Both the position numbers and the translations under genes were made by a program. A stretch of 63,153 nt of DNA, the filler included, from Basidiobolus meristosporus CBS 931.73 (taxonomy: Eukaryota; Fungi; Basidiobolomycota): assembly GCA_002104905.1 (NCBI GenBank). It is 3 parts of 3 records of this genome, joined end to end, with 100 filler letters (N's around TTAATTAATTAA, not from the genome) between each part and the next. Parts side by side here need not be neighbours in the genome. Positions count along the whole stretch, not along the records: positions 31,137 to 54,740 come from MCFE01000964.1; positions 54,841 to 63,153 come from MCFE01001342.1; 1 more part is not named here. One strand, 5' to 3'. The notes beneath the pieces are model-generated. The model saw only the letters and a program-made list of their open reading frames with translations. It ran no database searches and had not been told where the DNA came from. Shown in pieces: positions 51,290 to 62,971 of the stretch. Position 1 is the stretch's first letter. The number at the start of each line of letters is the position of its first letter.

Positions 51290-52406
51290 TCATAGGGTTT
51301 CTTCTTCAAGGACTGGTCTAATATGTGTCCTTTCCTTTTGTAGTAGTTACAGAACAGGTTGCAGTTGACTTTGTAGGGTCTTGGGTACATCCTGTGTTGG
51401 TTATCATTGCTTATTATAGCATTTTCTTCTTCCTTCTTATTGGTGCTTGATTTTGTTAATTCTTTATCCAGGAGCCTTCCATATATGTAATCTAAGGCTA
51501 AATCTTTGGTTCTGGACTCTAGGGCTGATACAAGGCTTTAAAACTCATCTGTCAGACAATTCAGGATGGTAACTATCACATCCTCATCAGTAGTTGGTAC
51601 ACCTACAGATTCCATTTTGTCTACCAACAGGATAATTCTGTTAATTGAATTTTTCATTTCTTGCCCTGACAGCATCTTTTTAGTAAAGAATTTATGTCTC
51701 AGATACATTTTCTTAGCAGCTGAACATGACTGGGACATGTCTTCTAATGCCTTCCAGGCATTCTTTGCTGTTTTTGCTCTTGAGCATTGAATTTGTAATT
51801 TGTCCTTAATATCAAGACAAATGCAGTTTATGGCACCTTGTTCTTTCTTCTGGTACTTTGGGGCTTCCTCTCCCACATTTTTAGGAGGGCATTCTTCTCC
51901 CATGGCAATATCCCAATGGCCTCTTTCTTGTAGCAACATCTTCATCTTCACCTTCCACACTTGGTAGTTGGATCCATCCAACTTTCCAGCAGAAGGAAGA
52001 ATTTCAGTAATGACAGTAGTAGACATTGCAGAGAGTGCCAGATTGAGGCTCATAACATGTTGTAAGAGTCTTGGAAATGTTGGAAGTGATTGGGAGAACA
52101 AGTAGATTATGTGGTTTTCATTTAATGATTTATTGAATGTAAAAGTAGTATTTATACTTTCACATAGTCTTGGCATTACAAGCACATAGAATAGGTCAAG
52201 GAAGATCCCAAGAACATGTGTGCAAAGTTTGGGGCTTTTTGGATAACTTTGAGAATTTTCATCATCTGGGTACCTGGTATTTTGGTGAATATATTTTAAG
52301 TAAATCCCAACATGGAATTTGGTCAGTATACTCTAAGATTTGATGGTAATGATCTAAGTGACTAAGTTTGGTGAATATTTAGGTGGAACTACAAACTTCT
52401 ACAACA
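51290..52406 (-). mobile_element. 5' part of a copia element, family H (LTR 52058-52406, PBS, gag)
   Basis: PBS TGTTATGAGCCTC; gag KLDGSNYQVWKVKMKMLLQERG; degenerate knuckle near 51330. Confidence 0.92.
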
Positions 52407-52419
52407 TATAAGTGCAGAC

Positions 52420-52735
52420 CACAAACATGCTAGTTCTCCCAATCACTTTCAGTATCTTCAAAACTCATTCTTCAGGCTATGGGCCTCAAGCGGTCACCTT
52501 CTGGAGTACTTTCCACTGCTACTACTGGAATCTTTCCACATAGTGAAAAGTTAATTGCATCCAACTACTCAGTCTGCAAGGTGAAGATAAAAATGCGGCT
52601 GCAGGAAAGAGGCCTTAGGTATATTATCATGGGAGAAGAACTTCTTCCTAAAGGAGTAGGAGAGGGGACCCTAAGGTACTAGAAGCAATAGAGAAGTGCT
52701 GTTTACAGCATTTGCCTTAAAGCTCAAGACAAGTA
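52420..52735 (+). pseudogene. Family H-like LTR end, PBS and gag start fragment
   Basis: PBS GGCTATGGGCCTC at 52475; SNYSVCKVKIKMRLQERG. Confidence 0.75.
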
Positions 52736-52739
52736 AGCT

Positions 52740-53300
52740 TCTTAAAGGCCATTGCATATGTGCTACCAAAATCCAGGGGCTTTCCTGGTTGTGGTTAATA
52801 TCTTAACCAAAATAATCTGCTCTGATTGGTAGCTGGCAGAGTCTTCTTCTGTATCTGGCAGTATTTAGTATGAACCTACTTTGTCAGTGATAAATGCATC
52901 ATCAGGTAACTGGCCAACAATCTCTGTGGCTTTCTGATCTGAATTCTCCTCATAGACAATGTATCTGCACTTGATCAATTACTCAACCTTCCTATCATAC
53001 ACTTAATGCCCCTTAGTAACTTCTCAATAGCCAAGAAAGATCCCCCTTCCACTCTTTGGCTTCAGGTTTGAACATTTTTAGTTAAGGATGTAACTATTAC
53101 TGCTAAAATTCTGGAGGTGCCAGGACTCTGTTTTTTTGCAAATACATGATTAAAATAATATAAACTCTTATAGTGCTGCTGTTGGGCTTCAATCTCTAAT
53201 GAATACCATGGCAGCAACAGATTCAGCACAAATCTGTAGTCCCTTGCCATTTCTTGTAGCATAGATATTCCCATCTGTACAATTGTTTTATTTGCTTATA
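52740..53300 (-). pseudogene. Copia integrase C-terminal fragment
   Basis: Minus frame RGIFLGY...YEENSDQKATEIVGQLPDDA matches 19400-19570. Confidence 0.75.
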
Positions 53301-53304
53301 CCGC

Positions 53305-54373
53305 TGTAGTGGGGTGACAGTAACACCCACTGACAGATGTGCTCATTCCCCTTATTTTCTACTTCCCTATATCTCTACCACATTCATTTTAGTTTTATCC
53401 CATTTGTCTACCCAATCAGTACTATCCCTTAAGCCGGTTGACTATCACACCTGCTTACCTTATTTCATAAGTTACCCCTCACTTTATGTAAGATTACTAG
53501 CTATAAGTACTTCTATATTAGGCAAGTACCCGTTCCAGTACCCATGACACATGACCAACCCGCATCACCATCCCTACCATTTCTATATCATATATGGTAT
53601 CCCTATGTTACACAAGTTTCAGAATACTGATTCCAGATTGGTTGGATGTGCTGTGCCTCTTAGAACCTTCCCCACCTACTTAGAACATTTTATGTCACTC
53701 TGATGTCATTAAGACTTCTATTAATATCCTGAACCTTCTGGAACACCATGATTAATAATCACTTAGCCAGTAAGAAAAGTATATAAGGGAGGCTATCCCT
53801 CAACAATAAATCATCATCCCTTTTATCAATATACCAGCCTGTTGATTAGTGTGATCACTGCTACCTGCTGCTACCTGAACTTCCAACCCCAGACCACAGG
53901 ACACTCCCAGGAAACCACACTGACAGCCAACTGACCTTGGAGGCCCTACTTGTGAGGAATACTCAGAGTAGGTATCTTTCATTATATTTGATTCTTTCCC
54001 AAGTTTGTTCTTGTACAGGCAAAGATACTTTTCTGTCTTTGTAACTGTTGACCACAGCTGCATTCTTAACAAGTCCCTGCAGGTGGAGTTTACAGTTGTT
54101 GTGACTTTGGAAGCTTTAGTACATTGTCATCTCAAAGGATGCTGAACCCAGCACATACTTTTGTTAAGACGCTAACTAAGTTGGGGACTGTAGCTCAATA
54201 GTTTTCCCTTGACAAGCTTGTGGCTTTATTCCCCTTCACACCAGATTAGAGACAGAACCCAAGTAATCCTTGCAAGCTTTTGCCAGAGGTTATTGCACCC
54301 AGTGAACATCCCACACACAAAACACTTGAGAAGTGTTGGACGTATCTCTCCCTTGGACTTATACACCACCACA
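53305..54373 (+). mobile_element. Solo LTR, family F (1069 bp), TSD CCGC
   Basis: CCGC at 53301-53304 and 54374-54377. Confidence 0.92.
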
Positions 54374-54377
54374 CCGC

Positions 54378-54740
54378 TGTAGTGGGGTGACAGTGACACC
54401 CACTGACAGATGTGCTCATTCCCCTTATTTTCTACTTCCCTATATCTCTACTACACTTATTTTAGTTTTATCCCATTTGTCTTACCCAATCAGTACTATC
54501 CCATAAGCCAGTTGACTATCACACCTGCTTACCTTATTGCATAAGTTACCCCTCACTTTATGTAAGATTACTAGCTATAAGTACTTCTATATTAGGCAAG
54601 TACCCACGCCAGTACCCGTGACACATGATCAGCCCGTGTCACCATCCCAACCATTTCCATACCATATATGGTATCCCCATGTTACACAGGTTTCAGAATA
54701 CTGATTCCTGGTTGGTTGGATGTGCTGTGCCTCTTAGAAC
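54378..54740 (+). mobile_element. Second family F LTR directly after the TSD, cut by the gap
   Basis: Starts TGTAGTGGGGTGACAG; differs from the preceding copy at multiple sites. Confidence 0.9.
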
Positions 54741-54840
54741 NNNNNNNNNNNNNNNNNNNNNNNNNNNNNNNNNNNNNNNNNNNNTTAATTAATTAANNNN
54801 NNNNNNNNNNNNNNNNNNNNNNNNNNNNNNNNNNNNNNNN
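54741..54840. other. Artificial contig spacer 44N-TTAATTAATTAA-44N
   Basis: Same 100-nt construct as at 31037. Confidence 0.95.
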
Positions 54841-55303
54841 ATGTAATGGAAGAATAGAACTTAGTTAAACAAAACAAAATTTGTAAATTCCTGTGTTTGT
54901 TAGAAACGTAGGAGGCAAACCTAATTATTCCATTGTTCGAAATTGTGCTACAGTTTAGCTGTGAACGGGGATCTAGCAGAATATCACGGCCTTTTTGGGG
55001 TGAATATTAAGGTGATTTGCGTGTTACCCACTTAATGCAAAATATATTTGACTGCAGCCACGATCTAGCTATTTGCAATATTTGCAATGCTCGTGCGATC
55101 CCAATGTGCGGGAGAAATGTTCAGTCAGAAAAATTAACTTATTATTGGTTTAATTGTTGCATTGCGGTCCAATGTCGCAAAAATATGCAGTATTGAATGT
55201 GTATATCTGTGGCATCATCAAGCATGCTCAGAATCGATATACATGTTGAAGGTTCTATGAGGTATGAGCTACCGTCGCAAAATGGTCAATATTTAGCTTT
55301 TAT

Positions 55304-55756
55304 TCATGGAAGAAATTCCTCAGGAGCAATGCTACTAGGGCTTTGTCCATTCACCTTTCTAAAGTCGATGGAGTAGGTGTTGTCGCTGACTGAGACTCGC
55401 TGGTAGCGGAGGCCATCCAACTTTCCTGCCTGGCGAAGGGCCTCCCAGTCCGCCCCGTTGACTCGAATCCATACACTGGTACCACAACAATTGAATTTGT
55501 AATCCCTGGTGATGACTCCACTGGAGAAGGTGATCAGGGCGCATCCTTGCTCGTAGAGCTGCGTCTGAACCGTTGCTGCACCAGCATTGACCGTCTTGAT
55601 GCAATCCGGGGCATACGCGTCAAGAGGGTCCGACGTACCTGGCAGATCCATGATGCTCACTGGATTTTGCACCTTCAGAACATCCTTCATCAACGGACGC
55701 ACGCCCATAGTGGCTGCGGAAGCAAGAGAAGCAAAGAGAAGAATGCTGTACTTCAT
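55304..55756 (-). CDS. Small secreted protein, 150 aa, 4 Cys, paralog 1; function unknown
   Basis: Signal-peptide-like MKYSILLFASLASA; intronless; context ATCACCATG; CpG-rich; conserved in three copies. Confidence 0.88.
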   Translation of the reverse strand: MKYSILLFASLASAATMGVRPLMKDVLKVQNPVSIMDLPGTSDPLDAYAPDCIKTVNAGAATVQTQLYEQGCALITFSSGVITRDYKFNCCGTSVWIRVNGADWEALRQAGKLDGLRYQRVSVSDNTYSIDFRKVNGQSPSSIAPEEFLP

Positions 55757-56434
55757 GGTGATGGTTTGTAGCAAAACTGGGAGTGTTTGTTGGGCTTAAA
55801 TAGAAGCTAGTGTTCTGGAATGACCTCATAGTCTTGCTCAGTCCAAGTGCCCTGATTTCTCGATTTAGTTCTCGCCCCTATATACATAGGCGTAACTGTG
55901 TGGGATGAAACAGAACGAGACATACAAATATCTTGTATTCGGTTGAGAATGGAAATGTATCAGCCGCTTAGTTGTCCAACACAATTGGATCATTATAAAG
56001 GATTGTGCTACAGGATAGTCTTTGAAGGGGGACTTGTAGACAGACCATTGCCTCTGTTTGAGTTGACATTGAAGCGGTTACGTGTTGCTCAGCTAAATAG
56101 TGGCCTATGACATTCGCTATTGCGATCAACGTGAATATCCAGCTGTTTGCGTGAAACTTGTTGTTCTTTACATTGTTCCATTACAGTCCAATGTAACGAA
56201 GATATATTCAGCATTGAGTGTGTGCAACAGTTGTACTACCAAGTATTGTCACATTCAAGGATGAATGCAACGTGTATAACCAGCAATTCATCTTCATGAT
56301 GCTACATACATCTACTGCATGCTGTTTAGAGCACATGCGCTTCACATTGTTTAGGATGATTCTAAGATACATATGCTAGTAGCTCTATGATAGTATGCCC
56401 TATTGTTACATAAAAGTACAATACTAAGCTTTAT

Positions 56435-56889
56435 TCATGGAAGAAACTCCTCAGGAGCAATGCTACTAGGGCTTTGTCCATTCACCTTTCTAAAGTCAAT
56501 GGAGTAGGTGTTGTCGCTGACTGAGACTCGCTGGTAGCGGAGGCCATCCAACTTCCCTGCCTGGCGAAGGGTCTCCCAGTCCGCCCCGTTGACTCGAATC
56601 CATACACTTGTACCACAACAATTGAATTTGTAATCCCTGGTGATGACTCCACTGGAGAAGGTGATCAGGGCGCATCCTTGCTCGTAGAGCTGCGTCTGAA
56701 CCGTTGCTGCACCAGCATTGACCGTCTTGATGCAATCCGGGGCATACGCGTCAAGAGGGTCCGACGTACCTGGCAGATCCATGATGCTCACTGGATTTTG
56801 CACCTTCAGAACATCCTGCATCAACGGACGCGACGCCCATGGGTGGCTGCGGAAGCAAGAGAAGCAAAGAGAAGAAAGTTGTATTTCAT
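56435..56889 (-). pseudogene. Small secreted protein paralog 2, apparent +2 frameshift at codons 16-19
   Basis: 455 nt versus 453; otherwise near-identical to paralog 1; frameshift may be a consensus artefact. Confidence 0.75.
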
Positions 56890-57659
56890 GATGATGGTTT
56901 GTAGCAAAAGTCGGTGTGTTCGTTGGGCTTAAATAGAAGCCGGTGTTCTGTAATGACCTCATAGTCTTGCTCAGTCCAAGTGCCCCGATTTCTCGATTTA
57001 GTTCTCACCCCCTACATACATAGGCGTAACTGTGTGGGATGAAACAGAACGAGACATACAAATATTTGTATTCGGTGGAGAATGGAAGTGATCGGCTACT
57101 TACTTGGCCAACTCAATTGGACCTATAATAAGGGATTGTACTACATGCTAGCTTTGTATGGGGTGCTTATAGATTATCACAGTCAGCGCTTGTTGTGGCT
57201 TAGCAACTTTCTTGAGATAACATTGATGTTACCGCTTTACTATTCATGCGCGTTGCACGGTAGTGAAATTTTTGTGAATATAGTGACGATACCACTTGTG
57301 TGTATTATAGCTGTTAGTACAGTGGAAGTGCGCAACCATGGCCCTGTGTATGGAAGGCAAATGCTGAGTTTATTGCAGTTCGATGCTATATATAGCTACG
57401 CTAATAAATTTCATTCATCGGAGGGGTGTACATGGTTAGCGTTTTTAAGGTTAACTGTTACACAATCTTTGCTCCTCCAAAGCAGCAAGGTAAGGTACTA
57501 GCCTTCCGTCCCTTAGATGCCTTCTGGCTATACATCTCGTAAATACTGTTTTTTAAACTTAGCTTTTTCATTAAGTAGATACCTTGACGATCCATCATTA
57601 TACTATACGGCATTCAACTCCAGCCGTGATATTTAGAAGCTGAGGTAAGTCACCTTTAT

Positions 57660-58112
57660 TCATGGAAGAAATTCCTCAGGAGCAATGTTACTGGGGCTTT
57701 GTCCATTCACCTTTCTAAAGTCAATGGAGTAGGTGTTGTCGCTCACTGAGACTCGCTGGTAGCGGAAGGCCATCCAGCTTCCTGCCTGGCGAAGGGCCTC
57801 CCAGTCTGCTCCATTGACTCGAATCCATACACTTGTACCACAACAATTGAATTTGTAATCCCTGGTGATGACTCCACTGGAGAAGGTGATCAGGGCACAG
57901 CCTTGCTCGTAGAGCTGCGTCTGAACCGTTGCTGCACCAGTATTGACCGTCTTGATGCAATCCGGGGCATACGCGTCAAGAGGGTCCGACGTACGTGGCA
58001 GATCCATGATGCTCACTGGATTTTGCACCTTCAGAACATCCTGCATCAACGGACGCGAGCCCAGGGTGATCGCGGAAGCAAGAGAAGCAAAGAGAAGAAT
58101 GATGTACTTCAT
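57660..58112 (-). CDS. Small secreted protein paralog 3, 150 aa
   Basis: MKYIILLFASLASAITLGSRP; same 4 Cys; local compensated frameshift KLDGL to SWMAF. Confidence 0.85.
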   Translation of the reverse strand: MKYIILLFASLASAITLGSRPLMQDVLKVQNPVSIMDLPRTSDPLDAYAPDCIKTVNTGAATVQTQLYEQGCALITFSSGVITRDYKFNCCGTSVWIRVNGADWEALRQAGSWMAFRYQRVSVSDNTYSIDFRKVNGQSPSNIAPEEFLP

Positions 58113-59179
58113 GGTGACGGTTTGTGGCAAATCTGGGTGTCTTCATTGGGCTTAAATAGATACCAGTGTTCTGCTATGACCTCAGATTTTGCTCGGGCTA
58201 TGGGACCAACTGCCCTGTTTGCCTCGATTTCTTAGGATCGGTGTCAGATAGAACAAAATGGAAATGATCGCCTGCTTACTTGGGGAATAAATATTACTTT
58301 TACATATAAACTGTATATTATAGCCACTCGCACACTTGAAGTACCCGGCTTGACCCCTGGATATGTGGCTTACGTGCTGAGATTAGCATGGCTCAATGAT
58401 TTCATATTTTATATAAGCAATCGTCAAACTGGATTTTGCATTTCAAAACACCTCAATCAAAGGGACTACAGACTTAGAGGGTGAAGCAAGGGAACCAAAG
58501 TATAGGAAGCTACTTTCCGAGCTACAGTTCTGTTGCATAGTCAGATGGGCATATTACACTTAAATAAAAGCTACTAGACCAAGTGTTCAGCTAAGACCTC
58601 TTGATCAAGTGCACAATATCTCTTTGATCTTCCATTTACAAGAGTTCAAAAGTCAAAATGGAAGTAGAATGAGTCGTAGATATATTTGTAAATTATCAGA
58701 AATTAGAGCATTTGAAGGGAACTACAATCAAGCAGCACTGCTACTAGCTGGATTCCAGTATTAGGTACATAAGAACTTACATACATCCTGGGCCAGTGTT
58801 ACACTAGATGAATTTCGTTGTGGAGGGAAATGCATTGGTTTGGCAAATGCTAATCTTGCTAATTAGGTACAGGCACTAAAGCTAAAGAGAACAGGCCATT
58901 CAAGAGCTCTAAAATTTTGTAAGTGTTGATTTTCAAACTCTGTTACACTGAATGAATTCAGTACAAATTGCACAAGCCATAATATGATAAAAAAATCCAT
59001 GACCAATGAAAATTTTCTGCAACCTAATTGCTTTCACCAGATATAAACCGCATGCCAAAGCTCAACATATACTATAGCTATAATAGAAATTCAATTTGAC
59101 ACCATAGTAACTACTACTTGTGTTCCATTTGCACATGTATCCTGTGGGAATTTAAAAACTTAGCCACGTAGTACAAAAG

Positions 59180-59780
59180 TGCAATGATTTTTCATCATGC
59201 TAATTTTACATGAGTTTCTTAATGCACTTTTATAGTGCATGGTAACCATGCCCCAATAGAGTTTAAGGACACCCACTTGCTACATCTACTTATGCCTAGC
59301 AGGAGTCATCAATCAAAATCCACTTGGTACTAAAATACTTTTATTTTTCATCATGCTAGATTTACATGAATTCTTAACACATATTTATTGTGCATGATAA
59401 CCATACCCAACAGGTTTTAAGGATACCTACTTGCTACATTTACTTCTGCATAGCAGAAGTCATCATATATTAGTGGCACAGAACTAAAATGCTTTTAGTT
59501 TTCATCATGCTAGTTTTAAGTGGATTCATGAAGCACTTTTATTGTATGCAGCAGTTACACCCCAACAGGTGTTATGGACACTCACTTGCTACATTTACTT
59601 GCATCCATTGGGGGCCATTAATAATCAGCTATGCAGTAATAAAATGCTTTTATTTCTCATCACAATAGTTTTACCTGGATTCACAAAAAACTGTACTCAT
59701 CCATGGCAACAATGCCCTCAGAGAGTATTGTGGATGCTTACTCTACATACTCACTTGTGTAGTGTAGAAACTATCAACAA
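59180..59780. repeat. Degenerate tandem repeat, about 155-bp unit, about 4 copies
   Basis: Anchor TTCATCATGC at 59191, 59347, 59501 and a diverged version at 59656; recurring CACTTGCTACAT. Confidence 0.85.
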
Positions 59781-60997
59781 ATGGCTATGTGGGAATAAAC
59801 TATTGTAAAAAGCATTGCTTTGCAGTTAGCATGTACAGATGTGCAAAAAATGGTACAATATGAGTTATTGAGTGACCATGTACATTAGTTGGTTCCAAGA
59901 TATTCCCAGATAATATCCTCAAAATCAATATTAACTTCATTAGCTTGCTCTTTGACTACTAGTCCATAGCACTCAATGTATGGTGGCCTTGCTTTTGTCC
60001 AGCCATTGCAGATTGAAACCATAGTCCAGTCACAAGAGAGGCAAAAGTGAAATGTGACAAAGTAAGTGTATATGAAAGTAATATAAATCTATAAGACAGA
60101 AGAGAACAACCAGCAACCCCATCAAGTACAGCACCAACACAGTAAATAAACAAGCCATGAGGGGAAAGCTTCACAACTGTTACTTGGGGATTGACACCAA
60201 AAGAGGAAGCCACCTCTACCATAACAGCTCTTGTGCTCCAAAGGAGGACCAATAGTCTACTATAGACAAGGATTGTGGCAAGAATAGTAGTACAATTACC
60301 AATTCTGGTTGTGGTACCTATAGAAGTCCCAAATACCTGGAGAAAACTTGGAAAAACACGGCAGATGACTCAGTTGTCCTGAGGAGAAAACAAACCAATG
60401 CAATTGAGCAGTTCCAAAAAGAAACTTCAGCTTAGCAATTCTTTACTGCACTATGTACTCCAAGTGGCTTATTTGGATCATTAGTCTATGAAGGAGAATT
60501 AGGCAGAGAAAGATAAGTTAAACAATAGTCAACTGCATCACTTCTCAGATCAGGTAGCAAAGCAGTTGCACAGGCAAGAGACAGAGCAATAATCAATGAT
60601 ACAGAAACCAAATAACTTTGCCAATGTTGTTTGCACTTGAATAGAATCACAGGGTATTAATAAAAACAGAATATGAATATTTTATAATGTGTACATCAAG
60701 TGATTCAAGTACTGGCTAGATGGATGCAACATAGAGGCAAGAAGCTTAGTAACCTTAAAGGGAAAGATATTTGGAATGAACCATCAACATCATCCAGATG
60801 AATATAAAGTGGAGAAAGTAAACATAATTCCTCATCAAACAAGAAGCATGGAAGAAGGTAGTAGCTGGGTAGATGCCAGGAGTGAAGGTAGAGATTAAAG
60901 AGAGCAAGGAAGGGGACAAGAACCTGGAGGAGGATGCAGAAGCTGGCACTGTGGTAGTGTAAGCATACCTCCTACTGGTAAGTTTATGTACATAGCT

Positions 60998-61600
60998 ATT
61001 ATGGTGCACTTATCCAAACTTTATCTTATTACTATTATCCCATTCTTCTTTGCCCAGATTATTAGCATTATCTGCATATAATGTGCACCCTGATTAGTTA
61101 TTAGCATTAGTTATCCCAGATATTGTTGAATTTTGGTAACAATTTGTGTATTTAGATAAGGCAGGTACAAGCATCAGTACCTGCAAAACATGTCCCAAGT
61201 CTGTATTACTATCCCTACCATTTCAATACCATATATGGTATATCTATATTACATTGGTTTCAGACTACTGATCTCTGATTTTTTAGATGTTCTGTGTCTC
61301 TTAGAACTGTTTAAGACCTTCTAGGAGTATCTTTAGCTCATATTGATGTCATCAACAGTGCCACTGAAGCTTGGAATCTTCTAGAACCTTGGCATTAGTA
61401 ATCACTTTGCAATCAGGAAGAGTATTTAAGTGAGTCAATCCCTCATCAACAAATTATCACTCCTATCAGTAATACTTTCCCCTTACTAATCAGCAATCAA
61501 TCACTGCACCTACTGTCAACATTTACACCTCAGACCTGCCATCAGGGAGCGTTTCAGGGTAATGCACAAGACACACAAAGGCCTTTGGGGACACTTGGAG
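60998..61600 (+). repeat. Diverged family-F-related LTR
   Basis: CCATATATGGTAT...GGTTTCAGA...CTCTTAGAAC...TGATGTCAT...TAGTAATCACTT colinear with 39160-39380; boundaries approximate. Confidence 0.65.
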
Positions 61601-62971
61601 CACCTTTGAACCAAGAGAAGCAGGAACTTATACTATAGTGACATATTGACAAAGACATCAGCAGTTTAGACCCAGAGGCTATTGCACCCATCAGACACCT
61701 CACACACCTTGAGTTGTGTAGCTTCTCCCAGGAGTATCTCTACACCACCACAGCATGGAAAAGGAAGAGGGTAAGGAAGTGGCCAAATCCAAGAGGAGTG
61801 TGGAGGAAGTCTTGCAGCAAACAAAAGTGATACTGAGCAAGTTGCTGCAATCACTACCTGGTGGTCAGTCAGCCATGTTTCTAAAGTGTGGTCAGAGGCT
61901 TAATAAGAGCTTCCAGAAGATGGGACAGCCTTGTGCCCTGAGGTATTGCAATATATGTGCCAGGAGATTAAACAGAGGAGGGGTGATATTGTAAAGCTAA
62001 ATTGGGAAAATGCTGGACTTCAAGCCCAAATTGATTTCAGTATCCACCATTCTACTGAGGCATGAGTAGCTCACATAGTGGAAAGGTTTGCCAGCATCAG
62101 GGCAAGCAATGAGCAGGGTGCATCATCAGACTCAGGTGTACTTGCTAGCAACATTATTGGAGGGGATACTATTTCCTCCCTTGAGCTTACCACAAGCCAA
62201 GAGATAAGAGCAGAATCCTCCTCAGCAATCAGAATGTCCTCCACATAAGAAGATATGGATTTGTGCAAGGAAGACATGGAGAAGCAGAGTGGGTATACTA
62301 TAGGCCAACAAGAACCTGCAATGGAGGTAGAGAGACTAGTCATATTGTCATAAAAATACCACAGATTGATTCATTGCTGTCACTTCCACCATCATTGCTA
62401 TTTTGGCCCCTATCACCACCACCATCCTCTAGCTAACTTGAGTAAATATAGAATCCTCACCATCCCAAATCAGTATACTGACAAGTAATAACTTGAACTG
62501 ATAAGATTGACATTCTAGTGTTGATAGCAAAGGAATACAATTTGGACTTCTGGTGTCTTATATATCAAACCACAAGGTAACTTGACAATGACAAATTGTT
62601 TTTTATCAAAGTTCATTCTGTCCTTGAGAGACAAATTTAGACTTTTTTCAGTTGATTGACTTTTGGTAAAGTAAACAACTCAGGACAGATAGCCCAAATG
62701 GTTATTTCCAAGGTTATTTTGACAAAGCTGGTCTCATCAGTGTCCAAACTTTATATACATCTCCACCTTTACTCACTTAGAGCTGCAGTTGCCATATTCC
62801 TTTATGCCCTGCTATATCCAAGCAAAAAGTGTAATAAAACTCTTGAATGATTTAACTGAACCAAGGTGAAAACTAAGTGCAGAATCTTAGAATTGTCAAG
62901 TGTGACAGAAATATTAGCAGAGAGGTTTGGGTCTATTATTGGTCTTGTACATTGCTGAGTTGGGCAATAAA

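Noticed and set aside
55547-58235. Plus-strand ORFs (55547, 55587, 56678, 57903, 57943) and alternative minus frames repeated three times
   Set aside because: Shadows of the secreted-protein genes; conserved only because the DNA is duplicated.
59180-59780. CRISPR-like array
   Set aside because: Whole units are homologous and there are no unique spacers; eukaryotic context.
59800-62950. Host genes among short ORFs in the last 3 kb
   Set aside because: CpG-depleted, stop-ridden and partly similar to repeats elsewhere (62850-62950 resembles 26000-26110); nothing assignable.
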